The notes: generated from the letters alone by a model not told the origin. 64,000 bases of DNA from an uncultured Gammaproteobacteria bacterium (GCA_964402565.1 CAYOCJ010000001.1:416079-480078); one strand, 5' to 3'. Shown: positions 30,104-41,020, counted from the first letter of the stretch. Numbers and translations: made by a program.

Positions 30104-31495
30104 ATGAAGAAAGTTGACCTTGTTACGAGTCTGTTTCTCGTAGCGCTCGACTATCTCATGCTGGTAGCTGCCGGCATGACCAGTTATGCGCTACGGTATC
30201 AGGGGTTTATCACGCAGTATCGTCCTGTTTTTTTTGATTATCCATTCAGCGAGTTTTTTCCACTACTCCTCGGCATTTCGGCTCTGGGAGTTTTTATTTT
30301 TGCACTGAGCGGGTCATATCGCATTACCAGCTCGCATACGCCTCTGGAAGTATTCTCGAAAGTCTTTCTCGGCGTTTCAACGACATTATTGGTCGTTATT
30401 GTCACGATCTTCCTGCAGCGGGAATATTTTTCTTCACGGTTTGTCATTATCCTTACATGGTTTTTGGCGATCGTATACACGATCATCGGACGCATGATCG
30501 TTTTTAAGCTTAAATCAATTTTTCTGCGATCAGGATACGGCACGCATGCACTTGTGTTATTGGGAGTACATAAGACGTCAGGGGATTTAGCCTCTTTCTT
30601 TCATGACAACCCGCAGCTGGGTTATCGAGTTACCGCCACCTTGTCCGGCTGGGATCAGGGAGCGCGGGACCGCATCATTGAGTTAAAAAGCCACGGAAGC
30701 GCGGATGAGATCCTGGAAACGCGGGAAGGTTTAGATCGTCAGGCGTTGGTTGACGTCATTAACTTTTGTCATGAGCAAAATCTTACGTTCCGCTATGTAC
30801 CAAGCTTATACCAGACAAAAATAAGCAATGTTGAAAGCGACAGCATAGCTGGGTATCCGATCCTGCAGGTACACCGCACGCCGCTGCATGGATGGGGCAG
30901 GGTCTATAAGCGTTTCGTTGATATTTTTATTTCGTCGATCGGACTTATCATTACGTTTCCGCTTTCTCTCTGCATCATGATCATCATACGCCTTGATTCT
31001 CCTGGTCCTTTTTTTGTCCGTTTACGACGCGTCGGCAGAGGAGACTCGACATTCATGTTGTATAAATTTCGTTCAATGATCGAAAATGCGCAGGAACTGA
31101 AGGGTTCTATGGAGTCTCTGAATGAGCGGAAAGACGGTCCTTTGTTCAAAGTAAAGAACGATCCGCGCGTGACCAGAGTCGGACGCTGGATCCGTAAAAC
31201 GAGCCTCGATGAGTTGCCGCAGCTTTGGAATGTGCTGCGCGGCGATATGAGCCTGGTCGGGCCTCGGCCGCATGAGCCGGAGGAAGTACAGCGGTATCGA
31301 GATGAAGACCGCGGGCTGCTGGCGATAAAACCCGGTATCACTGGTCTTGCGCAGGTGTCAGGCAGATCGAATTTACTGTTTTCCGAGGAAGTAGCGCTTG
31401 ATACCTACTATATAGAACACTGGTCCATGCGACTCGATTTTCAAATTCTGGTGAAAACGATCTTTGTCATTTTTAAATTCAGAGATGCCGCCTGA
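30104..31495 (+). CDS. polyprenyl-phosphate sugar phosphotransferase (WbaP/CpsE-type priming transferase)
   Basis: N-terminal multi-TM region, and the bacterial sugar-transferase C-domain with PRP and LAIKPGITGLAQV motifs. Confidence 0.85.
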   Translation: MKKVDLVTSLFLVALDYLMLVAAGMTSYALRYQGFITQYRPVFFDYPFSEFFPLLLGISALGVFIFALSGSYRITSSHTPLEVFSKVFLGVSTTLLVVIVTIFLQREYFSSRFVIILTWFLAIVYTIIGRMIVFKLKSIFLRSGYGTHALVLLGVHKTSGDLASFFHDNPQLGYRVTATLSGWDQGARDRIIELKSHGSADEILETREGLDRQALVDVINFCHEQNLTFRYVPSLYQTKISNVESDSIAGYPILQVHRTPLHGWGRVYKRFVDIFISSIGLIITFPLSLCIMIIIRLDSPGPFFVRLRRVGRGDSTFMLYKFRSMIENAQELKGSMESLNERKDGPLFKVKNDPRVTRVGRWIRKTSLDELPQLWNVLRGDMSLVGPRPHEPEEVQRYRDEDRGLLAIKPGITGLAQVSGRSNLLFSEEVALDTYYIEHWSMRLDFQILVKTIFVIFKFRDAA

Positions 31496-32585
31496 GACGC
31501 GCATAGCACTAGCCCATGATCATTTGTTCCAGCTGGGCGGCGCCGAACAAGTCCTTCGGGAATTCATCCAGCTGTACCCTGATGCGCCGCTCTATACGCT
31601 GGTGTGCGGTGAAGCAGCGCGGTCATTTTTGGCGCCTGCAGAACTGAACACTTCCTACCTGCAGCACGTGCCGGGCGGGATTCGTTTTTTTAAATGGTTC
31701 CTTCCGGTGATGCCCAGCGCCTGGGATCGGTTTGATTTCAGCCCGTATGATGTCGTTATCTCGTCTGCAACTGGATTTGTCAAAAGTATAGATACTAAAG
31801 GTGCGAAGCATGTATCATATTTTCATTCGCCAACGCGTTATTTATGGGGAGAGAATGATGCGTATTTGGATTCAGTCCGTGTCCCCTGGGCAGTCAAACA
31901 GTATTTGCAGCACCTGATCGCCGAGTTTCGTGTGCGCGATTATGAGGCTGCTCAAAGCGTGGATCATATCATCACGAATTCTAATTTCATCGCATCGCGG
32001 ATCAGAAAATATTACGGCCGCGAAAGCACTGTCATTTATCCGCCCATAGATGCGTCTCAATTTCACCTGAGCCAAGACATAGGTGATTATTATCTTATCG
32101 TTTCTCGTTTGCGCCCGTATAAACGTGTAGATTTGGCGATCGAGGCTTTTAACAATCTGAAGCTTCCGCTGGTCATTATTGGCGATGGAGAAGAGTACGG
32201 ACGCTTGAAGGCTATGTCAAAAAATACGATCCATTTTTTGGGAGAGGTCAGCGATGCGGAGCGAAACAAGTATATGGCGCGCTGTAAGGCATTTATTTAC
32301 CCTCAAGAAGAGGATTTCGGGATCTCAGCGGTCGAAGCAATGGCTTCGGGGCGGCCGGTCATTGCATTCAGAGGAGGCGGAGCCCTGGAAACCGTCACAC
32401 CTAGTTTGAATGGTTTTTTCTTCGATGAACAATCCTGGGAGTCGCTCGCCTACACGATTCTGAGAAAAGAATATGAGCAGTTATCACCGGCCGATATCCG
32501 CGCACAAGCGTTGCGCTTTGATCGATCGGTATTTCGAGATCGCATACAGCACTTTTTGAGTTCTGTCCTAGCCGAAAGCTTATGA
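31464..32585 (+). CDS. glycosyltransferase family 4
   Basis: GT-B fold with EDFGISAVEAMASGRPVIA (EX7E). Alternative start at 31485. Confidence 0.8.
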   Translation: MSFLNSEMPPETRIALAHDHLFQLGGAEQVLREFIQLYPDAPLYTLVCGEAARSFLAPAELNTSYLQHVPGGIRFFKWFLPVMPSAWDRFDFSPYDVVISSATGFVKSIDTKGAKHVSYFHSPTRYLWGENDAYLDSVRVPWAVKQYLQHLIAEFRVRDYEAAQSVDHIITNSNFIASRIRKYYGRESTVIYPPIDASQFHLSQDIGDYYLIVSRLRPYKRVDLAIEAFNNLKLPLVIIGDGEEYGRLKAMSKNTIHFLGEVSDAERNKYMARCKAFIYPQEEDFGISAVEAMASGRPVIAFRGGGALETVTPSLNGFFFDEQSWESLAYTILRKEYEQLSPADIRAQALRFDRSVFRDRIQHFLSSVLAESL

Positions 32586-33700
32586 ATATAGGTGTCGATA
32601 CACGATCAATTCTTGCAGGCCCGTCGACAGGAGTTGCGAACTATGTCTGGGGCCTTATCGACGGATTGGCTGAACTTGAGCGTAAACAGCTGCTGCCTGA
32701 CATGTATTACCTCTGCAGTATTGGAGTGCATAATGAGCAGCTGTTAAAGGATATTACCGGTCGACGCGTGCCATTTACCTATCAGCACAGGACACTTTCG
32801 AATAAGGTTCTGACGTTTCTGTGGCAGCTGAGCCGGTATCCCAGCATGCATCGCCTTTTTCCAAAGATCGATCTTTTTGTCTTGCCGAATATTGGCATGA
32901 TCCCACATCCATCCTCGGTGCCGTATGCAGTCGTAATCCATGACATTTCATTTGTGCACGCGCCACATTGGTATTCGCTAAAGAGGAGAGCGTGGCATCG
33001 CTTGGCGCGTTTTGAACGCTTGGTAAAAAATGCCACTTTCCTCGTCGCCGTATCGCAAGCTTCAGCTGACGCGCTTCTCGAGCGATACCCGGAACTCGAT
33101 CCGAACAAGATAGCCGTTATCCGGCCGGCAATGTCGATAACATCCCCAACGGCAAGCTCGCCTGCAGTCATAGACGTACCCAAAAAATATTTGCTGTATA
33201 TCGGAACCATTGAGCCAAGAAAAAACATTGAAGCCTGTATTCATGCGTATCGCTTGTTAGCAGCGCGGTATCCCGGGCTTGAACTGGTGCTCGCAGGACA
33301 GTATGGATGGAAGATGCGGAATTTTTTGAAAAAGGCCGCAAACAGCGCAGGTATTCGATGGCTGGAGTATGTCACTGATGAGGAAAAAAATTACTTGTAC
33401 CAACATGCTGCAATGCTCTTGTGGCCTTCCTTGTATGAAGGTTTCGGGTTTCCACCGCTTGAATCACTGCGCAATGGGACGCCGGTGGTTACGAGCTATC
33501 GTACATCCTTGCCTGAAGTGCTGGGTACAACGGTTTTCTATGTAAATCCATATAATGCCGGCGAACTTGCAGTAGTCATTGATTCGCTGCTTCGTGAAGC
33601 GGATATTTCGCTGTTCAAAAATGTCCCGGTACCGTATGCTGAGAGAACCTGGGAGCATGTTGCGGAAGAATTCTCGCAGGCAATTCATGCACATATATGA
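32582..33700 (+). CDS. glycosyltransferase family 4
   Basis: EGFGFPPLESLRNGTPVV EX7E motif. ATGA coupling to the previous gene. Confidence 0.8.
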   Translation: MNIGVDTRSILAGPSTGVANYVWGLIDGLAELERKQLLPDMYYLCSIGVHNEQLLKDITGRRVPFTYQHRTLSNKVLTFLWQLSRYPSMHRLFPKIDLFVLPNIGMIPHPSSVPYAVVIHDISFVHAPHWYSLKRRAWHRLARFERLVKNATFLVAVSQASADALLERYPELDPNKIAVIRPAMSITSPTASSPAVIDVPKKYLLYIGTIEPRKNIEACIHAYRLLAARYPGLELVLAGQYGWKMRNFLKKAANSAGIRWLEYVTDEEKNYLYQHAAMLLWPSLYEGFGFPPLESLRNGTPVVTSYRTSLPEVLGTTVFYVNPYNAGELAVVIDSLLREADISLFKNVPVPYAERTWEHVAEEFSQAIHAHI

Positions 33701-34839
33701 AAATTGGCATTGACGCGCGTTTTTATGGCGTCGTTTCTCAGGGTCTGGGGCGGTATTGCGAACAGCTGGTGACGCAGGTGACGGCCTTGGATCCTCACAA
33801 CGAATACGTCATCTTTGTTACCGCCGGGCATCGATTCGATATTGCATCAGCCAGAGTAACAATCGTTGAATGCAACTACCGCTGGTACGGATTCGCTGAA
33901 CAGTTCCGCTGGCCCTTTTTTTTGATGAAATACCGTTTAGATCTGATGCATTTCACGAGTTTTAATGTTCCGGTGCTCTATCGACGAAGGTTCGTAGTAA
34001 CGATACACGATCTCATTCTTATTCACTTTAAGAGCGCCCATGCAAGTACTTTGCACCCGCTCTATTTTGCTGCGAAGCGCTTGCTCTATCGATGGATCTT
34101 AAGCTCGGCAATTCATCGGGCAGATCGCATTTTAGCTGTATCGAATTTTACCGCTGATGATATACGTACAACTCTGAACAGTAAGAAAAAAATAGACGTC
34201 GCGTACCTGGGTTATGAGCTCACCACTCAGCCAAAGCATGACGACAACTCTACGCGACCTATGCAGCATCAACCTTATTTTCTCTATGTCGGAAATGCAT
34301 ATCCGCATAAAAACCTGGATTTTCTAATTAGCGCATTTGATCAGTGGCGTCAATCGCATTCGCAGTATCAATTAGTTCTCGTCGGAAAACACGATTATTT
34401 TTATCAACGATTGAAGGCTGGGCATATGGATGTCGAATGGATGCATTTGCCTGGGTACGTTACTGATCAAGAATTAGCTCATCTGTATCAAAATGCAGAG
34501 GCATATATTTTTCCTTCATTATACGAAGGTTTTGGAATTCCGCCGCTCGAAGCAATGCAGTTTGGGACGCCAGTGCTCGCCAGCAATGCATCCTGCCTCC
34601 CGGAGATACTGGGCGATGCAGCATTATATTTTGATCCGAACGATGCCGCCAGTCTGCATAAGGCGCTTGATCAATTAATAAGCGATGACCGCTTGCGAGC
34701 TGATTTGTCTTCATTGGGCCTAGAGCAGGTAAAAAAATATAGCTGGAGGCGCATGGGTGAGCAGGTTATCCAACTTTACGCAGAGCTCGAAAAACAGTAT
34801 ACTAGTAAGGACAAAAAGTATACTCATGCGCAGAGCTAA
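33697..34839 (+). CDS. glycosyltransferase family 4
   Basis: EGFGIPPLEAMQFGTPVLAS EX7E motif. ATGA coupling. Confidence 0.8.
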   Translation: MKIGIDARFYGVVSQGLGRYCEQLVTQVTALDPHNEYVIFVTAGHRFDIASARVTIVECNYRWYGFAEQFRWPFFLMKYRLDLMHFTSFNVPVLYRRRFVVTIHDLILIHFKSAHASTLHPLYFAAKRLLYRWILSSAIHRADRILAVSNFTADDIRTTLNSKKKIDVAYLGYELTTQPKHDDNSTRPMQHQPYFLYVGNAYPHKNLDFLISAFDQWRQSHSQYQLVLVGKHDYFYQRLKAGHMDVEWMHLPGYVTDQELAHLYQNAEAYIFPSLYEGFGIPPLEAMQFGTPVLASNASCLPEILGDAALYFDPNDAASLHKALDQLISDDRLRADLSSLGLEQVKKYSWRRMGEQVIQLYAELEKQYTSKDKKYTHAQS

Positions 34840-37537
34840 GAAAAAAAAATTCGATGATGCTGATATTTTTGCAATCGACCAGTATTCGGTTGTTTCAGAA
34901 GATAATACAGCTGCACAAGATGTCCTAGAGTCTCAACAAGAATCTGTATATCAGCAACCGCAAGAAGCAGTGAGTGAGCGCACTAAGGAAGCTCGCGAGC
35001 ATATCAATAGGCTGATCCTCCAGGATATCGCAGTATCACCTCGTGTACCTGAACCAGCTCAGGCTAACCCGCTTCCGGATGAGACACCGATCGCAGATGT
35101 GATCGTACCGGCTTCGAAACAAGAAATGGTGGCTCCTATTTATCGAGGCCATTCGTCAGCAAAACGCAAAGCTAAGCAAATCGAATCAGATGAAAAACCC
35201 TCGCAGTATGTGCTTGATCTGCGGAAGCATTTTTTGATAGAGAAATATAATTTAGATACCTTAGCCCAGCCTCGAGCGCGTTTTCGCCAGAAGTTAGGCA
35301 CGCTGTTCTCTACATTGCAGCACCGTGAGCGCATTCAGTGGCATTATCCTGACCAGAAGACTGCACGACAGAGTAAAGATTTTATTCACGCGACATTTGA
35401 ACATACACCTCAAGAAAGAGAGCTAGAAGACGTACAAGCGCCGGCTGAGGAGGCCATCGCAGAAGCAGAGCCGTTAGTTCAAGAGGCTGTACTTGCTTCA
35501 GCACAGGAGCCTGAGGCTTTCGAGATGCCGGTGCCATGGAAAATGCGCGTTTTTGCTGTCGGCACATTCTGGATCATTTTGGTGTTATTATTATCACCGA
35601 TACCGGTCATCACGTATGCATCGCGCTTTTCGGCAGACGGCAAATCGGTGGTATCAAGCGGTATGCTTGCATTCAGCAATCTCAAAGCAGGCGTTGCTGA
35701 CATTACGAACAGCGATTATACCCAGGCACAGGCATCGCTCGTTGATGCACAGAAAAATTTCAGTGAGATTTCACAGACGGTGGATTCGTATTCAGCCACT
35801 CTAACCGCCATCACTCATCTAGTGCCCGGCATTGGCAGCAAGGTCTCATTTGTGAAGGCGGTCGGCGAAATAGGGGAGCATGCTTCTGCAGTTGGTCTTT
35901 TGCTCGCAGATCCGCTGCGCAGAGATGGCAGCGGGCCTACGGCTACCGACACCCTCAAAAGCTTACAGACACATCTGGCAAGCATTGCAGATATTTTGGA
36001 ATCCTCTGAAAAGGATATTCAGCGTATCGACCTGAACTCGATCCCGCCGGAGTGGAAAGATCAATTCGCCTATGTACAGCAGCACTCAGATGAGTTTACC
36101 CGTACCTTACGGCGGGCGAGCAAGATGCTTGATGTTGCCATTCATATACTAGGATCGGATACATTGACCAGGTACTTGGTCGTTTTCCAAAACTCGCGAG
36201 AGCTTCGTCCAACCGGCGGTTTCATGGGAAGCTTTGCATTGATTGATTTTTCGAAAGGAACGCCGCTCTCCATTGATTTTCCTGGAGCAGGGACCTATGA
36301 CCTGGACGGAGGCTTCAAGCAGCACTTGCTGCCGCCGAAGCCGATCTCTGTCCTCAATGCAGAATGGCATATATGGGATAGCAATTGGTGGCCTGATTTT
36401 CCGACATCAGCAAAAAAGATTTCCTGGTTTTACCAGCAATCCGGGGGGAGGACTGTCGACGGCGTTATTGCGGTTAACTCAGATTTTGTCGTCGACTTGT
36501 TGAAACTTACCGGTCCGATCGAAATGCCGGAGTATGGCGTGACCGTCGATGCTGATTCATTCTACTCTGTCGTACAGAAAGAAGTGGAGGTCAATTATGA
36601 CAAAACTCTGAATCAGCCAAAGAAGATCCTGAAGGACCTTATGCCGAAATTAATTGACCGATTGAACGCATCGAGCGATTACCGGCAGATCCTGGCGGCG
36701 GTGACGCAGGCATTAGATCAGAAAGATATACAGATAGCAGCTCTTACTGATGCAGATACGCAGCAATTGATCGGTTCATTGGGCTGGGATGGAGCCCAGA
36801 ATTCAAATGCGAAGGATTATTTATCGGTCATCTCTACGAATATTGCCGGAGAGAAAAGCGACGCTGCCATTTATGAGACGATCGACCATCATGCAATTGT
36901 TGATGACGCCGGGACAGTCACAGTGACAACGACCGTAACCAAGGAGCACCATGCAGATCCGTCGGATAAGTTTGCCTATGTGACCAATGTTGATTATATG
37001 CGCTTTTATGTGCCATTAGGCAGCACCTTAGTACGCGCGAATGGCTTCAAGCAGCTCGACGAGTCATTGTTCAGGAAAAGCGATGAGCGGGCAGTAGAAG
37101 ACCAGGATTTGCTGTCAATTACGAGTTCTCCGGTAGTGGATGAAGCTACCGGAACTACCGTCGCTGACGAATTAGGTCATACGGTATTTGGGAACTGGAT
37201 GCAAGTTGAGCCAGGAGGCAAGTCTACTGTTTCTATAACCTATACCTTGCCCTTCAAGATAACGATCCCAGATAAGCAAGGAGTCAGCTGGTTAAGTTTG
37301 TGGGGTAAACCATCCCAGGAGGTAGACGCGTATAGTTTATTGGTACAACGCCAGTCAGGAAAAAAGAACACGATATTCAATTCATCTCTGGTGCTGCCGG
37401 ATACGTATTCTATCGTGTGGTCAGATGCCGTCGACCCAGATCATACAGGTACTACGCCGCATGTCTTTACCTACAGTAATGAATTAAATTTTGATACCTA
37501 TTACGCGCTTCTTGTGGCGCGCAAAGCCAAAGAGTGA
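34826..37537 (+). CDS. large membrane-anchored protein with extracytoplasmic DUF4012-like domain (tentative), glycan-cluster associated
   Basis: About 900 aa: an acidic/low-complexity N-terminal region, a single TM near aa 270, and a large C-terminal domain with the motif NSRELRPTGGFMGSF, recalled from DUF4012 proteins found next to polysaccharide genes. The family assignment is from memory and not verified. Confidence 0.7.
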   Translation: MRRAKKKKFDDADIFAIDQYSVVSEDNTAAQDVLESQQESVYQQPQEAVSERTKEAREHINRLILQDIAVSPRVPEPAQANPLPDETPIADVIVPASKQEMVAPIYRGHSSAKRKAKQIESDEKPSQYVLDLRKHFLIEKYNLDTLAQPRARFRQKLGTLFSTLQHRERIQWHYPDQKTARQSKDFIHATFEHTPQERELEDVQAPAEEAIAEAEPLVQEAVLASAQEPEAFEMPVPWKMRVFAVGTFWIILVLLLSPIPVITYASRFSADGKSVVSSGMLAFSNLKAGVADITNSDYTQAQASLVDAQKNFSEISQTVDSYSATLTAITHLVPGIGSKVSFVKAVGEIGEHASAVGLLLADPLRRDGSGPTATDTLKSLQTHLASIADILESSEKDIQRIDLNSIPPEWKDQFAYVQQHSDEFTRTLRRASKMLDVAIHILGSDTLTRYLVVFQNSRELRPTGGFMGSFALIDFSKGTPLSIDFPGAGTYDLDGGFKQHLLPPKPISVLNAEWHIWDSNWWPDFPTSAKKISWFYQQSGGRTVDGVIAVNSDFVVDLLKLTGPIEMPEYGVTVDADSFYSVVQKEVEVNYDKTLNQPKKILKDLMPKLIDRLNASSDYRQILAAVTQALDQKDIQIAALTDADTQQLIGSLGWDGAQNSNAKDYLSVISTNIAGEKSDAAIYETIDHHAIVDDAGTVTVTTTVTKEHHADPSDKFAYVTNVDYMRFYVPLGSTLVRANGFKQLDESLFRKSDERAVEDQDLLSITSSPVVDEATGTTVADELGHTVFGNWMQVEPGGKSTVSITYTLPFKITIPDKQGVSWLSLWGKPSQEVDAYSLLVQRQSGKKNTIFNSSLVLPDTYSIVWSDAVDPDHTGTTPHVFTYSNELNFDTYYALLVARKAKE

Positions 37538-37545
37538 CGTAGTTC

Positions 37546-39129
37546 ATGTTCAAAAAAGTTTTTCATACCTTAAATTCGACTATTGGCGGAGGTGCAATAC
37601 TTATCGCTTTTTTTGGTATTGCAAGCAAATTCGTCGGCCTCTATCGGGATCGTCTGTTTGCACATGCATTCGGCGCATCCCGGTTATCAGACATCTATTT
37701 TGCATCATTCAAGATCCCTGACCTTATCTTCAATATTTTAGTGCTTGGAGCTCTTACTTCTTCGTTCATACCTGTATTCCAGAAAGTATGGCACCGCAAT
37801 CCAAAGGAAGGCATTGCATTATCAAATGCTGTTCTGAATATCCTGCTGCTCTGTGTTATTATTTTCATTATTATACTGTGGTTAACCGCTGGCTGGTTCG
37901 TGCCATATCTGGTGCCGGGCTTTGCTGCTGAGGACATCGCGCAGACCGTAGTTATGTCGCGCTATCTGCTCTTGAGTTTGATTTTTTTTACTTCAAGCAA
38001 TTTATTGAGCGGCGTGCTCAATGCCTGGAAGCGTTTTTTTACTTTCGGGCTCAGCTCGGTGGTCTATAATGTTGGTATCATCCTCGGCATCGCATTCGGC
38101 TATCCCTGGTACGGCATGCCCGGCCTTGCCTGCGGTGTTGTGGGAGGATCAGTATTGCATTTTCTGGTACAGGCAATTGAAGCCTACCGCAACGGATGGC
38201 GGTATCAACCGATAGTCTTCTATGACGAGTCAGTAAAGAGAATCATCCGGCTCATGATCCCTCGCATGATAGGACTTGCCGGCAATCAGCTTGCAGTAGT
38301 CGTTGTGACGATTCTGGCTTCGACGCTCAGCGTAGGAAGCCTTGCTATTTTCAATTATGCGAATAATTTGCAGAGCATACCGGTTGGTATTTTTGGCATT
38401 TCACTTGCGGTAGCAGCCTTTCCTTATTTCAGCAAAACGCTTTCAGAAAACGATCCTGCCGCTTTCAAGCGCTTATTTTCATTGCAGTTCAGGCGCATCC
38501 TTTATTTTTTGATACCCATCTCGTTTACAACCTTATTGTTGCGCGCCCAGATCGTACGCGTGGTGCTCGGGACCGGTGCTTTCGACTGGAATGCAACCTG
38601 GTATACCGCACAAGCATTGGGATTTTTTTCCCTTTCCATCTGTGCTCAGGGCCTGATCCCGCTCCTTGCTAGGTCTTTTTATGCGCTGGAGGATACGGTA
38701 ACGCCGGTTCTCGTCAGTTTTATCGATATCATTGCAACCATAGGCCTTTCATTGCTTTTATTACCGAGTTTTGGCATACTCGGCTTAGTATGCGCTGATA
38801 GTATCGGCGCTATCAGCAATATGCTGGTTCTTTTCATGATTTTGCACCGTCGTTTCGGGGATTTACAGGACACCGAGCTCATGCGCTCATTGATCCGCAT
38901 TAGCTCGCTGAGCTTGATTGCAGGCGCCCTGATGTACCTCATGTTGCAGGTAACGGTGGCATTTGTCGACACCGCGACATTCCTAGGTATTTTCATTCAG
39001 GGTCTGGTATCGGGAAGTGTTGGTATTGCGGTGTATATTTTGCTTAGTATACTTCTTGGATTTGACGAAGTGCATGTTGTGAAAAAATATATTTTGAAAT
39101 TCATTAAACCTTTATTCCCACGAAACTAG
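37546..39129 (+). CDS. murJ: lipid II flippase MurJ/MviN (MOP superfamily)
   Basis: 14-TM protein with the typical MurJ N-terminus (FGIASKFVGLYRDRLFAHAFGAS). Confidence 0.85.
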   Translation: MFKKVFHTLNSTIGGGAILIAFFGIASKFVGLYRDRLFAHAFGASRLSDIYFASFKIPDLIFNILVLGALTSSFIPVFQKVWHRNPKEGIALSNAVLNILLLCVIIFIIILWLTAGWFVPYLVPGFAAEDIAQTVVMSRYLLLSLIFFTSSNLLSGVLNAWKRFFTFGLSSVVYNVGIILGIAFGYPWYGMPGLACGVVGGSVLHFLVQAIEAYRNGWRYQPIVFYDESVKRIIRLMIPRMIGLAGNQLAVVVVTILASTLSVGSLAIFNYANNLQSIPVGIFGISLAVAAFPYFSKTLSENDPAAFKRLFSLQFRRILYFLIPISFTTLLLRAQIVRVVLGTGAFDWNATWYTAQALGFFSLSICAQGLIPLLARSFYALEDTVTPVLVSFIDIIATIGLSLLLLPSFGILGLVCADSIGAISNMLVLFMILHRRFGDLQDTELMRSLIRISSLSLIAGALMYLMLQVTVAFVDTATFLGIFIQGLVSGSVGIAVYILLSILLGFDEVHVVKKYILKFIKPLFPRN

Positions 39130-39132
39130 CCA

Positions 39133-40908
39133 ATGCCATCTATTCGAAACTTTTGCATTATCGCGCATATAGATCACGGGAAATCAACGCTTGCTGACAG
39201 AATGATCGAGCTGACGCATACGGTCGCCGTTCGTGAGATGAAAAATCAGCTTCTGGATTCAATGGATCTTGAGCGGGAGCGGGGTATTACCATTAAGCTG
39301 CAGCCTGTTCGGATGCAATGGAAGGGCTATCAGCTGAATTTGATAGACACTCCGGGGCATATTGATTTTAACTATGAGGTGTCCAGATCATTGGCTGCTG
39401 TCGAAGGCGCTCTTCTGCTTGTTGATGCAACGCAGGGCATCGAAGCTCAAACATTGGCAAATTTATATTTAGCGCTCGAGCAGAATCTTTCTATCATTCC
39501 AGTGATCAACAAGATCGACCTGCCGGCAGCTGATGTGCCGAAAGTCCGGCGTGAGATAGCAGCTATACTCGGCTGCACCGAAGATGAGATTCTGACCATA
39601 TCAGCTAAAACTGGCCAGGGAGTCGAGGCTTTGCTTGACGCAGTTATTGAACGTATTCCAGAACCGAAGCAAAACCATGACGCAGAAAAATTGCAGGCAT
39701 TGATCTTTGATGCGCAATACAATGAGTTCAAGGGAGTCGTCATTTATGTCCGGCTATTCGGTGGCACCATCAAAAAAGGGGATAGCGTTCGTTTCCTGAA
39801 AAGCGGAACGTCAGCTGAGATCATAGAGGTTGGCTTCTTTACGCCGAAATGGCAGCCGACACAAACGCTTAATGCCGGTGAGATCGGATACCTCATCACG
39901 AACATAAAAAATATCGAAGAAACGAAGGTCGGAGATACGGTGGCATACGACGGCGTGCAGACCGATGAGTTGAAAGGATATCGGGAAATTTCACCGATGG
40001 TCTTCGCCGGTGTATACCCAGCTGAAGGGAATGACTATGAAAAGCTGCGAAAAGCGATTTTCAAGTTGAAGCTGAATGATGCAAGCCTCACCTTCACCCC
40101 TGACCACTCCGATGTACTCGGATTCGGATTTCGATGCGGTTTTTTGGGATTATTGCACATGGAAATCGTTCAGGAGCGGCTGCGGCGGGAATTCGACCTT
40201 CCGATCATCACGACAGCGCCGACGGTTGCCTACCATATTTATCTCAAATCCGGGAAGGATTCGTTTTTGACATCACCGGCCGCGCTTCCCGATGAAAATT
40301 TTATCGAACATATCGAGCAGCCGCTCGTTACCATCGATCTGATCACGCCGAAAGAGTATCTCGGCCCTCTGATGGATTATATTCAAAAAAAACGTGGAGT
40401 CTTTTTGCACACTGAATTTCTCGAGCAGACGCGAACGATCTTGAAATGCAAACTTCCGCTGACGAATATTATCGTTGATTTTTATGATAAGATAAAAAAT
40501 CTTTCCCAGGGGTATGCATCCTATACCTATGAGTTTGCCGGCTACGAATCATGCTCCGTCGTCAAACTGGATATTCTGGTCGCAGAGGAAAAAGTGCCGG
40601 CTTTGACGACGCTTGTGTTCAGAGATGAAGTCCAGTCCATAGGCCGCTCGATAGTCACCAAATTAAAAGACATTATTCCCCGTGCGCAATTTGTCATCAA
40701 GATCCAGGCGGCTGTCGGAGGTAAGATTATAGCTTCTGAGCGCCTGTCAGCGTTGCGCAAAGATGTCACAGCAAAATTGTATGGCGGCGATGTAACCCGG
40801 AAGCGGAAGCTACTCGAAAAGCAAAAAAAGGGAAAGAAAAAAATGGCTTCCTTTGGAGCTGTGGAAATCCCGCAGAATGCGTACTTGGCGATTTTGAAAC
40901 GCGAGTGA
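39133..40908 (+). CDS. lepA: elongation factor 4
   Basis: IRNFCIIAHIDHGKSTLADR G1 motif and LepA-specific C-terminal domain. Confidence 0.95.
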   Translation: MPSIRNFCIIAHIDHGKSTLADRMIELTHTVAVREMKNQLLDSMDLERERGITIKLQPVRMQWKGYQLNLIDTPGHIDFNYEVSRSLAAVEGALLLVDATQGIEAQTLANLYLALEQNLSIIPVINKIDLPAADVPKVRREIAAILGCTEDEILTISAKTGQGVEALLDAVIERIPEPKQNHDAEKLQALIFDAQYNEFKGVVIYVRLFGGTIKKGDSVRFLKSGTSAEIIEVGFFTPKWQPTQTLNAGEIGYLITNIKNIEETKVGDTVAYDGVQTDELKGYREISPMVFAGVYPAEGNDYEKLRKAIFKLKLNDASLTFTPDHSDVLGFGFRCGFLGLLHMEIVQERLRREFDLPIITTAPTVAYHIYLKSGKDSFLTSPAALPDENFIEHIEQPLVTIDLITPKEYLGPLMDYIQKKRGVFLHTEFLEQTRTILKCKLPLTNIIVDFYDKIKNLSQGYASYTYEFAGYESCSVVKLDILVAEEKVPALTTLVFRDEVQSIGRSIVTKLKDIIPRAQFVIKIQAAVGGKIIASERLSALRKDVTAKLYGGDVTRKRKLLEKQKKGKKKMASFGAVEIPQNAYLAILKRE

Positions 40909-40909
40909 T

Positions 40910-41011
40910 CTAGAATCGATTACCGACGCCGGCGGTAAATACCAGCATGGAGAGAATGACCAAAAGTGACAGAATTGCCCACGCAACTTGAATTACTTTT
41001 TTCTTTTTCAT
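40910..41011 (-). CDS. possible 33-aa single-TM small protein
   Basis: MKKKKVIQVAWAILSLLVILSMLVFTAGVGNRF. Sits in the lepA-downstream gap. Below the ORF-track cutoff and speculative. Confidence 0.2.
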   Translation of the reverse strand: MKKKKVIQVAWAILSLLVILSMLVFTAGVGNRF

Positions 41012-41020
41012 AGGTATAGT

